Positions 44,409-53,134 of a stretch of DNA of 64,000 nt are shown here, one piece after another. The DNA is taken from positions 241,872-305,871 of the forward strand of contig DHVG01000002.1 of the NCBI GenBank assembly GCA_002412545.1, in the 5' to 3' direction. Positions within the stretch are counted from its first letter, which is position 1, and the number at the start of each line of letters is the position of its first letter. This DNA comes from Elusimicrobia bacterium UBA5214 (GTDB lineage: Bacteria > Elusimicrobiota > UBA5214). Below the pieces are notes generated by a model. The model did not search any database. It saw only the letters and a program-made list of their open reading frames with translations, and was not told the DNA's origin. Position numbers and translations under genes: made by a program.

Positions 44409-45959
44409 CTACCTTGGAAAAAAAGTATGACTGAATGCGCGCACTAATTCTAAAGGTAAATGGGGAAAAATACCCAAAATTACTGTTCCCAGAGCTAAAA
44501 GAATCATCGGGATGAGCATCACCAAATTGGGGTCATCCTTTTTTACTTTTTCTCCAGGATTGTGGTATTCTGCAGTGCTTACTTCTGGAGTGGCAACACT
44601 TGTTTTTTCTTCCTCTTCACCGAACCAAGCACCATATACCACTGGACCATAGTAGATTAAATTCATAAAACTGCTTAATAAAAGCATACCTAAACAAATC
44701 ATTCCGACCAGCGGTCCGTAGGAACCAGTTTTGCTTACTTCAAGCGCACCGAGTGCTAAGTACCATTTACTGACAAAACCGTTAAATGGAGGAAATCCAA
44801 TCATAGATAGTGCACCTAAAGTAAAACATAAAGCAGTAATTGGCATACGCTTTCCGATTCCTTTAAGGTCTTCAATCATGCGTAACCCAGTTTGGTGAAT
44901 AAACGCGCCGGCACATAAGAACAAACCACCTTTGATAATTGCATGATTGAAGATATGTACCACTCCACCAGTTAATCCTAATGGTGACATTAAGGCGGCA
45001 CCTAAGACTACATAACCAATCTGTGAAATACTGGAATAGGCGAGCATCCTTTTTATTTCCATCTGAGCGATTGCTACCGCTGAACCAAGAAAAATACTGA
45101 TTAAAGCCAAAATTAACAAACCACCAACCATAATTACCCGCCCAGGAAGAAGGGCTTCTAATCCACCAATACTATAGATTGTTCTAATAATTCCGTAGGC
45201 ACCCGCTTTAATCATTACTCCGGAAAGTAAAGCACTTGCTGGAGAAGGAGCAATCGGATGTGCGCTGGGTAACCAGATATGCACCGGGAAAATGCCTGCT
45301 TTTACTCCGAATCCAAGAATAAATCCCCAAAAAATAAATGGTAAAAGCGGTTCACCTTTTAAACCTATTCCAATAAGTGAAAGTTCACCAGTCCCGGTGA
45401 TTACATAAGTAGCAATAATTGAAAATAATAAAATCAGTCCCCCAGCAATACCCATAAACAAGTAAAGTAAGCCCGCACTCATTGCTTCTGGTGATTCTTC
45501 GTGAATAACTAACACATAGGAAGCAATACTGAGCACTTCAAAACAGATATATAGACTCAATAAGTTACCAGTAAAAAAAGTGCCCATTAAACCAAAAAGT
45601 GAAAGTAAAGAAAAAATATTGTATCTCGTCTGTGCATGTTCTTTACGCATATACTCAATTGCATAAATACTGGAAAGTGTCCAAAGAATTATGCCAATCA
45701 ACCCAGCTAAAAAACCTAATTCATCTACTCGTAAAGAAAAATCTGCCCCTAATCCAGTCTGCCAGACTGGACAGATGATTTTTACTCCCGCACTTATTTG
45801 GGGGTACATAAATAGGACAGCAAAGAAAACAACTACACAGGTTAAAGCGGTGAAAATGTTACCTGTCCCTTTACGCATTTTTTCTACTACCGGAACAATA
45901 AATACAGCTAACAAAGGAAAAAATACAGCAATTACCGGTAAGTAACTAATTGTTTCCAT
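44409..45959 (-). CDS. MrpD/NuoM-like antiporter subunit
   Basis: HIWLPSAHPIAPSPASALLSG and KRMLAYSSISQIGY. Paralog of 32183-33679. Confidence 0.85.
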   Translation of the reverse strand: METISYLPVIAVFFPLLAVFIVPVVEKMRKGTGNIFTALTCVVVFFAVLFMYPQISAGVKIICPVWQTGLGADFSLRVDELGFLAGLIGIILWTLSSIYAIEYMRKEHAQTRYNIFSLLSLFGLMGTFFTGNLLSLYICFEVLSIASYVLVIHEESPEAMSAGLLYLFMGIAGGLILLFSIIATYVITGTGELSLIGIGLKGEPLLPFIFWGFILGFGVKAGIFPVHIWLPSAHPIAPSPASALLSGVMIKAGAYGIIRTIYSIGGLEALLPGRVIMVGGLLILALISIFLGSAVAIAQMEIKRMLAYSSISQIGYVVLGAALMSPLGLTGGVVHIFNHAIIKGGLFLCAGAFIHQTGLRMIEDLKGIGKRMPITALCFTLGALSMIGFPPFNGFVSKWYLALGALEVSKTGSYGPLVGMICLGMLLLSSFMNLIYYGPVVYGAWFGEEEEKTSVATPEVSTAEYHNPGEKVKKDDPNLVMLIPMILLALGTVILGIFPHLPLELVRAFSHTFFPR

Positions 45960-45987
45960 TTGTTTTTTCTCCTTTCTTGCATAATAT

Positions 45988-46079
45988 GATTACAGCGATT
46001 ATTGAAGGCGATTACAGTGATTAATAACTTTGATTTTATCTCCGTAATCGATGTTTCTATCACCGTAATCATAGATTAC
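45988..46079. repeat. Dyad array (GATTACAGCGATT ... ATCACCGTAATC)
   Basis: The first half has GATTACAG(C/T)GATT twice. The second half has ATC(T/A)CCGTAATC twice. Confidence 0.75.
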
Positions 46080-46574
46080 TTATTTATGTTCTTCGTGTAT
46101 ACCTAAAAAAGCATAAACTACTAAGAGTATACCTAAAACTGTTTTATAGATAAGTCTTAAAGAACTTGTAACTACTGATTCGTGATAACCTTCAACAAAA
46201 ATTTTTTTCTCAGTATCAAAATACCCGGCTAAAGAAGGCATCTGTTCGATAATATACAAGACTAACCCAAGAATAATTAGTAGTTTTGCTAAAGCCAATG
46301 TCTCGCGCTTGGGTAATTCACCGTGGGTCCGATAAAAATATGCTACTACAATCAATAAAGTCAGCAGTAGAACTATCCAATAGAAGTAATATACCTTTGG
46401 TACCGGCGCAACTGCATGAGGTTCAGGATGCATTTCTTCGTGGGTTTCTTCGGTGATTTTCTGTTCGGTTACTTGATGTTGTTCACTGGTTTCTTCACCA
46501 GTTAATACAATAAGATTTGTATTTAATAAAACGAACACTAAGCACAGAAACATTATCATCAATCTTTTTTTCAT
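46080..46574 (-). CDS. Membrane protein with acidic/His-rich exoplasmic N-terminal region, unknown function
   Basis: Signal/TM segment, then EETSEQHQVTEQKITEETHEEMHPEPH, then three TM segments. Embedded between antiporter genes. Confidence 0.5.
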   Translation of the reverse strand: MKKRLMIMFLCLVFVLLNTNLIVLTGEETSEQHQVTEQKITEETHEEMHPEPHAVAPVPKVYYFYWIVLLLTLLIVVAYFYRTHGELPKRETLALAKLLIILGLVLYIIEQMPSLAGYFDTEKKIFVEGYHESVVTSSLRLIYKTVLGILLVVYAFLGIHEEHK

Positions 46575-46582
46575 ATCTTTTT

Positions 46583-46700
46583 TTGGCGTTTTTTTAACGC
46601 CAAATCACCAAAAAATGCCGTTGATTTTTTAGCCTTCTTTATTTTTGCGTTCTCGCTTTTCTCTTAGCGTTTTTGCGGAGATTCATCTTTTGCGTTTTAG
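46583..46700. repeat. TTGGCGTTTTTGCG-word array with a perfect hairpin TTGGCGTT-TTTTT-AACGCCAA
   Basis: Word family shared with 49941-50056 and 54387-54500. Confidence 0.7.
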
Positions 46701-46708
46701 TGGTCTCT

Positions 46709-48205
46709 TTATGGAAAAAATTCTTTTACCGTCGCTTGAGATAACACATAAGGTGCACCACCAATCAAACCAAAGGCTAAAGATAATACTGCAGTGATAA
46801 TAATTGGTATCAACATACTTAATGGTACTTCAAGAAAATATTTTTCTTTAGAGGTGGTTACCTCAAATTCTAACCCTGTCAGTGGAATAAGATTCTCTCC
46901 CTTTTTGAAATAAGCATAAATAAGTGGACGCATCAGAAAACCTAATTCCAGTATTGAACTGATTAAGAAAACTATCGCAAAATATGGCTGTCGCAAATTT
47001 AGATATCCTTGAATCAGATAAACCTTACTTACCCAACCGGCTACTGGTGGAATACCAACTATCCCCCAGGCAGCAATCGCGAAAGCCCCCCAGCTTAGAG
47101 GCATCTGCCGAGCTAGACCCGACATTTCTTTAATTAATGTTTTGCCAGTTTGTTTGATTACTGCACCTACTGCGTAGAACATTGTAATTTTCATTATTGA
47201 ATGAAATAAAAGATGGAGTAGAGCACCCATTAAAGCGATGGGATGAGCGGCTGCCGCACCTAAAATTACAAAACTTAACTGGTTAGCTGTAGAGTAGGCA
47301 AGAAGACGTTTTATCTGTCGTTGCCGTAAAGCAAAAATTGCCGAAAGAATAGTAGTTATTGTTGCCAGAATACCCAATCCATAAGTAAGATATAATTGAT
47401 GAAATAATCCAGGTCCTAAAACACTATAGATAACTCTGATTAATCCATATACACCGGCATTCACTACTGCTACTGCATGAAGTAAAGCACTAATTGGAGT
47501 AGGTGCAACCATTGCTTGAGGTAGCCAGGCATGAAAAGGCATCAGACAACCTTTCACTCCAAAACCAAAAATAAAAAGTAGAGAAAGCAAATACAAAATA
47601 AACCTACTCTTGTTTATTAATTCAGGAATGCCTCCTGCAGTAAAGGTGATATTCCCGCCAGTGGTAAGATAAGTCAAAAGAATAGCAAAAAGAACCATTA
47701 TTCCGCCACCTAAAAGATAAACCAAATAAACTATTCCCGCATGGTATGCTTCAGTTGATTGTTCGTGAATCACTAAAGGGTAAACAACAATGGTCAGAAA
47801 TTCATAAAAAATGTATAAACTCAAAAGATTAGCACTGAAGATTATGCCCATCTCTGCACTTAAAGCAAGGGTTAAACAAAAATAGTATCTTGTTTGCGCA
47901 TGTTCACCGGACATATAGCCGAAAGAATAGATTTCAGTAAATATCCAGAGGAAAGTAACCAATATTCCCATCAATAAACTAAGATTATCTACACGGAACT
48001 GTAAAGCGAAAAGGTTCAGGTCAACCAGAGTAAAAGAAGGGAAATTCCCACCGAGAACTGATGGCGCAATCCAAAGAACAATAACAAAATTAGTAAGACA
48101 GGTGATTAGAATCACTAAATTACGCAGAGGACGATTTCTTTCACCAATCAAACCAATCAGAATTGCTCCCACAATCGGTATAATTACCGTTGAAAAAATT
48201 AACAT
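46709..48205 (-). CDS. MrpD/NuoN-like antiporter subunit
   Basis: HAWLPQAMVAPTPISALLHA and KRLLAYSTANQLSF. Paralog of 33877-35376. Confidence 0.85.
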   Translation of the reverse strand: MLIFSTVIIPIVGAILIGLIGERNRPLRNLVILITCLTNFVIVLWIAPSVLGGNFPSFTLVDLNLFALQFRVDNLSLLMGILVTFLWIFTEIYSFGYMSGEHAQTRYYFCLTLALSAEMGIIFSANLLSLYIFYEFLTIVVYPLVIHEQSTEAYHAGIVYLVYLLGGGIMVLFAILLTYLTTGGNITFTAGGIPELINKSRFILYLLSLLFIFGFGVKGCLMPFHAWLPQAMVAPTPISALLHAVAVVNAGVYGLIRVIYSVLGPGLFHQLYLTYGLGILATITTILSAIFALRQRQIKRLLAYSTANQLSFVILGAAAAHPIALMGALLHLLFHSIMKITMFYAVGAVIKQTGKTLIKEMSGLARQMPLSWGAFAIAAWGIVGIPPVAGWVSKVYLIQGYLNLRQPYFAIVFLISSILELGFLMRPLIYAYFKKGENLIPLTGLEFEVTTSKEKYFLEVPLSMLIPIIITAVLSLAFGLIGGAPYVLSQATVKEFFP

Positions 48206-48217
48206 TTCCTATATATT

Positions 48218-48340
48218 AATTACAGCGATTATTGTCGGCGATTACAGCGATACAATTCTCTCTCATTATCGCTGGCATCGTCTGTTTATCCCGTTTGGAA
48301 ATCGCTCCATTTCTAACGGGATTTATCGTCGTAATCGTAG
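48218..48340. repeat. Dyad array (GATTACAGCGAT ... ATCGTCGTAATC; inner ATCCCGTT/AACGGGAT)
   Basis: Read directly between two antiporter genes. Confidence 0.75.
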
Positions 48341-48345
48341 TAAAG

Positions 48346-49932
48346 TTACTTGAGTAAAATTTCTGCCGCCCGACTTACCACTTTTAAAGGTATACGCACG
48401 AATATGCCCATAAAGATGACTGCTAAAGTAAGACAAATTAACGGAATTAACATTGAAATCGGTGCTTCTTCAATCCGATGTTCAACTTCTTGAATTTGAC
48501 CTCCGTTCGTCTTATTAATGTTGTTATGTCTGGCTGGCGGAACAAAAAATGCTATCCCGACTACCCGCAGATAATAAATTGCTGCTAAAAGACTACTGGT
48601 TAGCAGAACGACTATCAATATTGGATACCCGGCTTTTGCCGAAGCAGTCAAGAGATACCATTTACTCATAAACCCACAAAGTGGCGGGATGCCCATCATG
48701 GCTAAAGCACCAATTGTAAAACATCCCATCGTTACTGGCATTTTGTAACCAATTCCGCGTAAGTCACTGATGTTCCGTATGCCAGTTTTGTAAATAATTG
48801 CACCGGCACAAAGGAAGAGTAATCCTTTCATTAAAGCATGATTAAAAATATGTAAAATTGAGCCGGTTAAACCATCTTTACTGATTAAGGCAATACCGGC
48901 GAGAATATAACCCATCTGGGCAATCGTAGAGAAAGCAAGCATTCTTTTTAAATTAGTTTGGGCAATCGCAAAGACCGAACCACCAATAGCGGTGAGTATA
49001 GTTACAACGATAAAAAAAGGAGGTAAAAAGAAACCGTAGTAACCTTTATGTGCACCAAAAATGGTAAACAGAAATCGGATTAAATAGAAAAGTCCACTTA
49101 TCTTTACAAATATACCGGAAAGGAGAGCACTCACCGGTGACGGTGCCGCTGGGTGTGCATCAGCTAACCAGGCATGTACCGGGAAAAATGCCGATTTTAT
49201 ACTAAACCCAGCAATCAAAAGTCCTAAAGCAGCATAGATATGGTAACGGAAATGGGTTAAATACAGCGGTGCATCCGGTGCAAAAATTTTGTCAATTTGT
49301 GTAGCGGCATAAAACATATTCAAAGTGCCAGTAGAGGCATAAAGTAAAAGGATACCAAAGAGTAAAAAAATGGAACCCATTGTGCCAATAACTGCATATT
49401 TAAAAGCTGCTTCGGTTGATTCTTTATTAGTAGAAATTGCTACCAAAGCATAGGAACTAATTCCAGATAACTCCAGAAAAATATAAAAATTGAAGAAGTC
49501 GCCAGTTATGGATAAGCCAGACATTCCGGCAGTGAATAAAAGTAACAAAGTGTAGTAAAATCCAATTTTCTCTTCAGGAATAAGATGGGGGACATACCTT
49601 TTTGAGTAGAGAGTAGCCAGAAAACATAATCCGCTAATTTGGATTAGCATAAACGCACCGAGTAAATCAGTCCGCATCACTATTCCAATTGGTTCGCCAG
49701 TAGGTAAATATCTTAGACCACTCCAGGAATATCCTAAAAAGTATTGAATTGTTCCTTCGGAAGAACTTATAACTCTCAAGAAAATCAACCAGGAAAAAAT
49801 CAAACTTAATAAACTGGCGGCGATTGCTACTGGTTCAGACAATTTTCTTCGCCAACGAAAAATTACCGGCATAAAAAATGCACTGACAATTAGACCAACC
49901 GGTAGCAAAACTTGTAAATGTGTTCCTTCCAT
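48346..49932 (-). CDS. mrpD: MrpD/MbhH-like antiporter subunit
   Basis: HAWLADAHPAAPSPVSALLSG and KRMLAFSTIAQMGY. Follows mrpC, as in Mrp/Mbh operons. Confidence 0.85.
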   Translation of the reverse strand: MEGTHLQVLLPVGLIVSAFFMPVIFRWRRKLSEPVAIAASLLSLIFSWLIFLRVISSSEGTIQYFLGYSWSGLRYLPTGEPIGIVMRTDLLGAFMLIQISGLCFLATLYSKRYVPHLIPEEKIGFYYTLLLLFTAGMSGLSITGDFFNFYIFLELSGISSYALVAISTNKESTEAAFKYAVIGTMGSIFLLFGILLLYASTGTLNMFYAATQIDKIFAPDAPLYLTHFRYHIYAALGLLIAGFSIKSAFFPVHAWLADAHPAAPSPVSALLSGIFVKISGLFYLIRFLFTIFGAHKGYYGFFLPPFFIVVTILTAIGGSVFAIAQTNLKRMLAFSTIAQMGYILAGIALISKDGLTGSILHIFNHALMKGLLFLCAGAIIYKTGIRNISDLRGIGYKMPVTMGCFTIGALAMMGIPPLCGFMSKWYLLTASAKAGYPILIVVLLTSSLLAAIYYLRVVGIAFFVPPARHNNINKTNGGQIQEVEHRIEEAPISMLIPLICLTLAVIFMGIFVRIPLKVVSRAAEILLK

Positions 49933-49940
49933 TTCTTTTT

Positions 49941-50056
49941 CGCTAAAGCGCTAAATGCCGATAAATCGCCTCCGCCATTGAGTCAGTGGCGGATTGTATT
50001 TTTGCGGATTCTTTTCTTTTTGGCGTTTTTGCGTTTAATTTAGCGTTTTTGGCGTC
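49941..50056. repeat. GCGCTAAA/GGCGTTTTTGCG-word array with hairpin CCGCCA...TGGCGG
   Basis: Read directly between mrpC and mrpD. Confidence 0.65.
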
Positions 50057-50446
50057 TTAACCTTTAAGTGCCGTTATTTTTCTTGTATCCAGAGTCCCAA
50101 AATATTGGTAAAGTTTCACTACTAAACTTAAACTAAATGCAGTGATACAAACACAGACGACAATCGCGGTAAGAATTAGTCCAGTTGGGATGGGGTTAAC
50201 CATTATCTCTTTACCGGTCCAAGCAGCAATTGCATCTTTTAAATAGGGTGATTTCGCCCAGGAGGTGGTAATTTTACCTAATCGGACATCACCCAAAGCA
50301 ATATAAGATAAATAAACTGATGTTTCCAAAATGTTTAGGGCAAGAAGTTTCTTGAAAACATTATGTTTAAAAACCAGACCATATAAACCAATCGTGAATA
50401 AAATTACTGAGACGACATAATCAATATTGCTGAGTATTGTTTTCAT
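50057..50446 (-). CDS. mrpC: Na+/H+ antiporter subunit C (MrpC/MbhG, NuoK-like)
   Basis: About 130 aa and 3 TM, with a LALNILETSVYLSYIALG block. Position between B and D. Confidence 0.8.
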   Translation of the reverse strand: MKTILSNIDYVVSVILFTIGLYGLVFKHNVFKKLLALNILETSVYLSYIALGDVRLGKITTSWAKSPYLKDAIAAWTGKEIMVNPIPTGLILTAIVVCVCITAFSLSLVVKLYQYFGTLDTRKITALKG

Positions 50447-50460
50447 TTCATCTCCGTAGT

Positions 50461-50510
50461 TGCGCCATTAGCCCATAGCCATTGGCTAACGGCTATAGGC
50501 TGACGGCTAA
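50461..50510. repeat. Heptamer dyad array (AGCCNNN x3, then GGCTNNN x4), centred on CCATTGG
   Basis: CCATTAGCCCATAGCCATTGGCTAACGGCTATAGGCTGACGGCT. Confidence 0.8.
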
Positions 50511-50512
50511 AC

Positions 50513-51313
50513 TTATTTTTGAGTATCTAGCGGTCTTTCAGTAACATATCCGTAAAAAATATGAGTGATAATACTCCCTACGCCAAAACCAATACCAAGT
50601 TCAATAAGTAATAAAGGTAACGAACTGAAAAGCGTGCCTTCAATTCCATGCGGGATTGTTTTGATTACCTTATTTGCTAAAAATGTATAACCAGTAACTA
50701 TTCCGATTAAACCGACAAGAGCATACATAAAAGGTCCAAGGGCATTAACAATTCTTAAAGTATCCGAGGGCATCTTTTTTTCGCCTTCTTCATAACTGAA
50801 AATAAGTGCATAAAGAACAAAACTTGCCCCTAAAATTACTCCTCCCTGGAAACCACCACCTGGTGATACTTCACCATGGAAAATTACATAAAGACCATAC
50901 ATTACCATAAAAGGGACTATTTTTTTTATCACTGTTCCGACAATAGTGTAACGAGTTACTCCTATCCAGGTCTCGGTATCTTCCTCTTTTTTTCTTTTTC
51001 CTACTAAGACCGATAATGCGGCAATCATGGCTAAAAAAATTACTGTGGTTTCATATAAAGTATCATACCCACGATAATCAAGTATCATTGCCGTAATTGC
51101 ACTCGGTGAACCGCAATTTTTAATTGCACCGCGGTTGTAATATAATCCTACCGCATTACTCTGTTTGGTAATTTCTTCAACTGGTACATCAGGGGGAAGA
51201 TAACCTGCATAGGATGGGACATGTGGGTCACCTACTGGAGGAAGTTGCAACACAACAACAATTGTCAAAAGAAGAAAAATGAAAAACATCAGAAACATCA
51301 GAATTTTTCTCAT
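50513..51313 (-). CDS. mrpB: Na+/H+ antiporter subunit B-like (MnhB domain; MbhE/F-like)
   Basis: ITAMILDYRGYDTLYETTVIFLA and HGEVSPGGGFQGGVILGA are the MnhB-domain blocks. Confidence 0.8.
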   Translation of the reverse strand: MRKILMFLMFFIFLLLTIVVVLQLPPVGDPHVPSYAGYLPPDVPVEEITKQSNAVGLYYNRGAIKNCGSPSAITAMILDYRGYDTLYETTVIFLAMIAALSVLVGKRKKEEDTETWIGVTRYTIVGTVIKKIVPFMVMYGLYVIFHGEVSPGGGFQGGVILGASFVLYALIFSYEEGEKKMPSDTLRIVNALGPFMYALVGLIGIVTGYTFLANKVIKTIPHGIEGTLFSSLPLLLIELGIGFGVGSIITHIFYGYVTERPLDTQK

Positions 51314-51389
51314 AGGTCGCTACACTCACCATGACCCTGTCTTCGGTAAACTTAGACCCCAAGCCTGCCGAGGGGAATTTGCTGAAAGG

Positions 51390-51671
51390 TCATCTTTTTT
51401 CCAGCTCATTCTTTTCCTCAAGTTCTTTCTCGTAGCGAGGTATTTTACTTAGTGCCGCAACAAATAGTAATGTACTTATTCCTGCACCAACTGCCGCTTC
51501 AGTCATTGCTACATCGGGACTGCGCAGAATTAAATAAGTTATCGCCATAGAAAAACTATAAACACTAAAAATTATTACCGCATGCAGTAAATCTTTAGTT
51601 ACGATTGTGGCTAATGCCGAAATGATTAGTAAAAGCAAGATTAAAATGTGACTAATAATCAGTAAATCCAT
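51390..51671 (-). CDS. DUF4040 / MbhD-like (MrpA C-terminal-like) membrane subunit
   Basis: 3-TM, 93-aa protein with SPDVAMTEAAVGAGISTLLF, which matches the MrpA C-terminal/MbhD module. Confidence 0.7.
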   Translation of the reverse strand: MDLLIISHILILLLLIISALATIVTKDLLHAVIIFSVYSFSMAITYLILRSPDVAMTEAAVGAGISTLLFVAALSKIPRYEKELEEKNELEKR

Positions 51672-51683
51672 TTTACTTCCATT

Positions 51684-51788
51684 AAATCGTTAATTCCGTT
51701 GTGTCCGTTAATACCGTTTTGACCGTTAGACCGTTCAATGGACATAACTGACTAAACGGACTCAACGGAATTAACGGACTTAACGCCC
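51684..51788. repeat. Dyad array (NNNCCGTT x6, then NNAACGGA x4), overlapping the mrpG stop
   Basis: TCCGTTAAT is complementary to ATTAACGGA. Period 8-9. Confidence 0.75.
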
Positions 51789-52130
51789 TTCTATTTTTTC
51801 TTCAAGGAGATGAAATGTCGTCTCCGGACAAGGTTTAACTCCCGCTTTACGACAATAGCGTAAAAGAATATGAATCACAATTGGATTAACAAAAAGCATA
51901 AAAATTATAATCACTAAAATTTTTATGCTTTCTATCGGGTTTACAGTTAGCCAATATATCCAGAGACCGGCTAATGAAAATAAGAAACCGGGACTATCAC
52001 CTTTACCGGCAACATGTCCACGGGTATAAGGGCAAGGCATTCGGAGAATCCCGACGGTTGCCGCAATGAAAAAAATTATTCCACCGGTCATTAGGATTAT
52101 TGCGATAACATAGGCTAAAGCAAGGGTCAT
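51780..52130 (-). CDS. mrpG: Na+/H+ antiporter subunit G (MrpG/MbhC)
   Basis: GILRMPCPYTRGHVAGKGDSPGF corresponds to the G..R.PD.Y.R.HA family block. Confidence 0.85.
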   Translation of the reverse strand: MTLALAYVIAIILMTGGIIFFIAATVGILRMPCPYTRGHVAGKGDSPGFLFSLAGLWIYWLTVNPIESIKILVIIIFMLFVNPIVIHILLRYCRKAGVKPCPETTFHLLEEKIEGR

Positions 52131-52399
52131 TTATCTAAACTCCTTACTTCCAGATATTTGACAAAAGCTAAAGTTGAAATGAAAAGTAAAAATACATAAA
52201 CCATCGCTAAATCAAAAAAGAAAGGTTCGTTAAATACCGCACCGACATAAGCCATTAGAACGGTTATTTTCGTTCCAATAATGTTCACACTGATTACCCG
52301 GTCAGCCGTAGTTGGACCAATCACTGCACGGTAAAGACATAAAATGATTGTAACTGACAAGATAATCATTAAAATTTTCAAAAATATTAGAAAAACCAT
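52127..52399 (-). CDS. mrpF: Na+/H+ antiporter subunit F (MrpF/MbhB)
   Basis: LYRAVIGPTTADRVISVNIIGTKI block. 90 aa and 3 TM. 4-nt overlap with mrpG. Confidence 0.85.
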   Translation of the reverse strand: MVFLIFLKILMIILSVTIILCLYRAVIGPTTADRVISVNIIGTKITVLMAYVGAVFNEPFFFDLAMVYVFLLFISTLAFVKYLEVRSLDK

Positions 52400-52947
52400 C
52401 TAAAGACCTTCTGTATTCTTTTCACAAAACCAGCATCTTTAAGAATACTTTCTGCATTTTCCTGACTGATACAATGGACAGTAAAGATATACCCTTCAGC
52501 AGTTTTTTCTACATCAATAGTGATTGTTCCCGGAGTTAAAGTTATAGAATTTGCATTAATCGTATTTTGTAAAGCATCAGGGAGTGGTGATTTTACCTGG
52601 ACAATCGCTGGCGAGATACGCATATTTATTCTTAATACGCGGTTGGCGACATCTATCCCCGCAAGAAGAATATCCCAGGTTAGACGGATACTATACAAAA
52701 ATATGCGGAATAGATTGCTTGGCTTGAGGAGATATAATTCTTCCGGTGGAATGATTGATTGGGGGAAGAGTGAACTAACTAAAACGGCTAAAACTAAACC
52801 AACAATAACATGCTGAATTAAGTTGAGAAAACCGATAGGAGTAGCAAAATCCGGGGGGAAACTGATTGCTAACCAAAAGAGAAAAAGAATTATTGTCTGG
52901 ACTAAAAAACTCTGACGCTGAATTTCGCCAGTCCTTGTAGTCCTCAT
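52387..52947 (-). CDS. mrpE: Na+/H+ antiporter subunit E (MrpE/MbhA)
   Basis: NANSITLTPGTITIDV block. Start set at ATG 52947 because the TTG at 52986 used by the ORF track is the first half of a consensus -35 hexamer (TTGACA). Confidence 0.8.
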   Translation of the reverse strand: MRTTRTGEIQRQSFLVQTIILFLFWLAISFPPDFATPIGFLNLIQHVIVGLVLAVLVSSLFPQSIIPPEELYLLKPSNLFRIFLYSIRLTWDILLAGIDVANRVLRINMRISPAIVQVKSPLPDALQNTINANSITLTPGTITIDVEKTAEGYIFTVHCISQENAESILKDAGFVKRIQKVFRWFF

Positions 52948-52957
52948 CAAATATTGA

Positions 52958-52986
52958 ATTTTACTAAAAAAATACAAATTTGTCAA
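52958..52986 (-). promoter_or_regulatory. Sigma70-like promoter of the mrp operon (would give a near-leaderless mrpE mRNA)
   Basis: On the minus strand, TTGACA - 17 nt - TAAAAT, ending 10 nt before ATG 52947. Confidence 0.5.
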
Positions 52987-53134
52987 TACTCCGCAAGAAT
53001 TTCTTTTTTTAGGGAGTTACATTTTTCCAAACAAAAAAACCGCCTGTGTCTATGTCATCAGTGGTCATTACGATTAACCTGCAGTTGGCGGGCGGATATT
53101 TAACCGTATTTGTCAAAGAAAATCAGTGTTGTCT

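Noticed and set aside
53031-53095. Intrinsic terminator after the HExxH membrane protein gene
   Set aside because: Only a 5-bp CCGCC/GGCGG stem with a ~46-nt loop precedes the T7 run. This is too weak to list as a feature, although it resembles the two leader hairpins.
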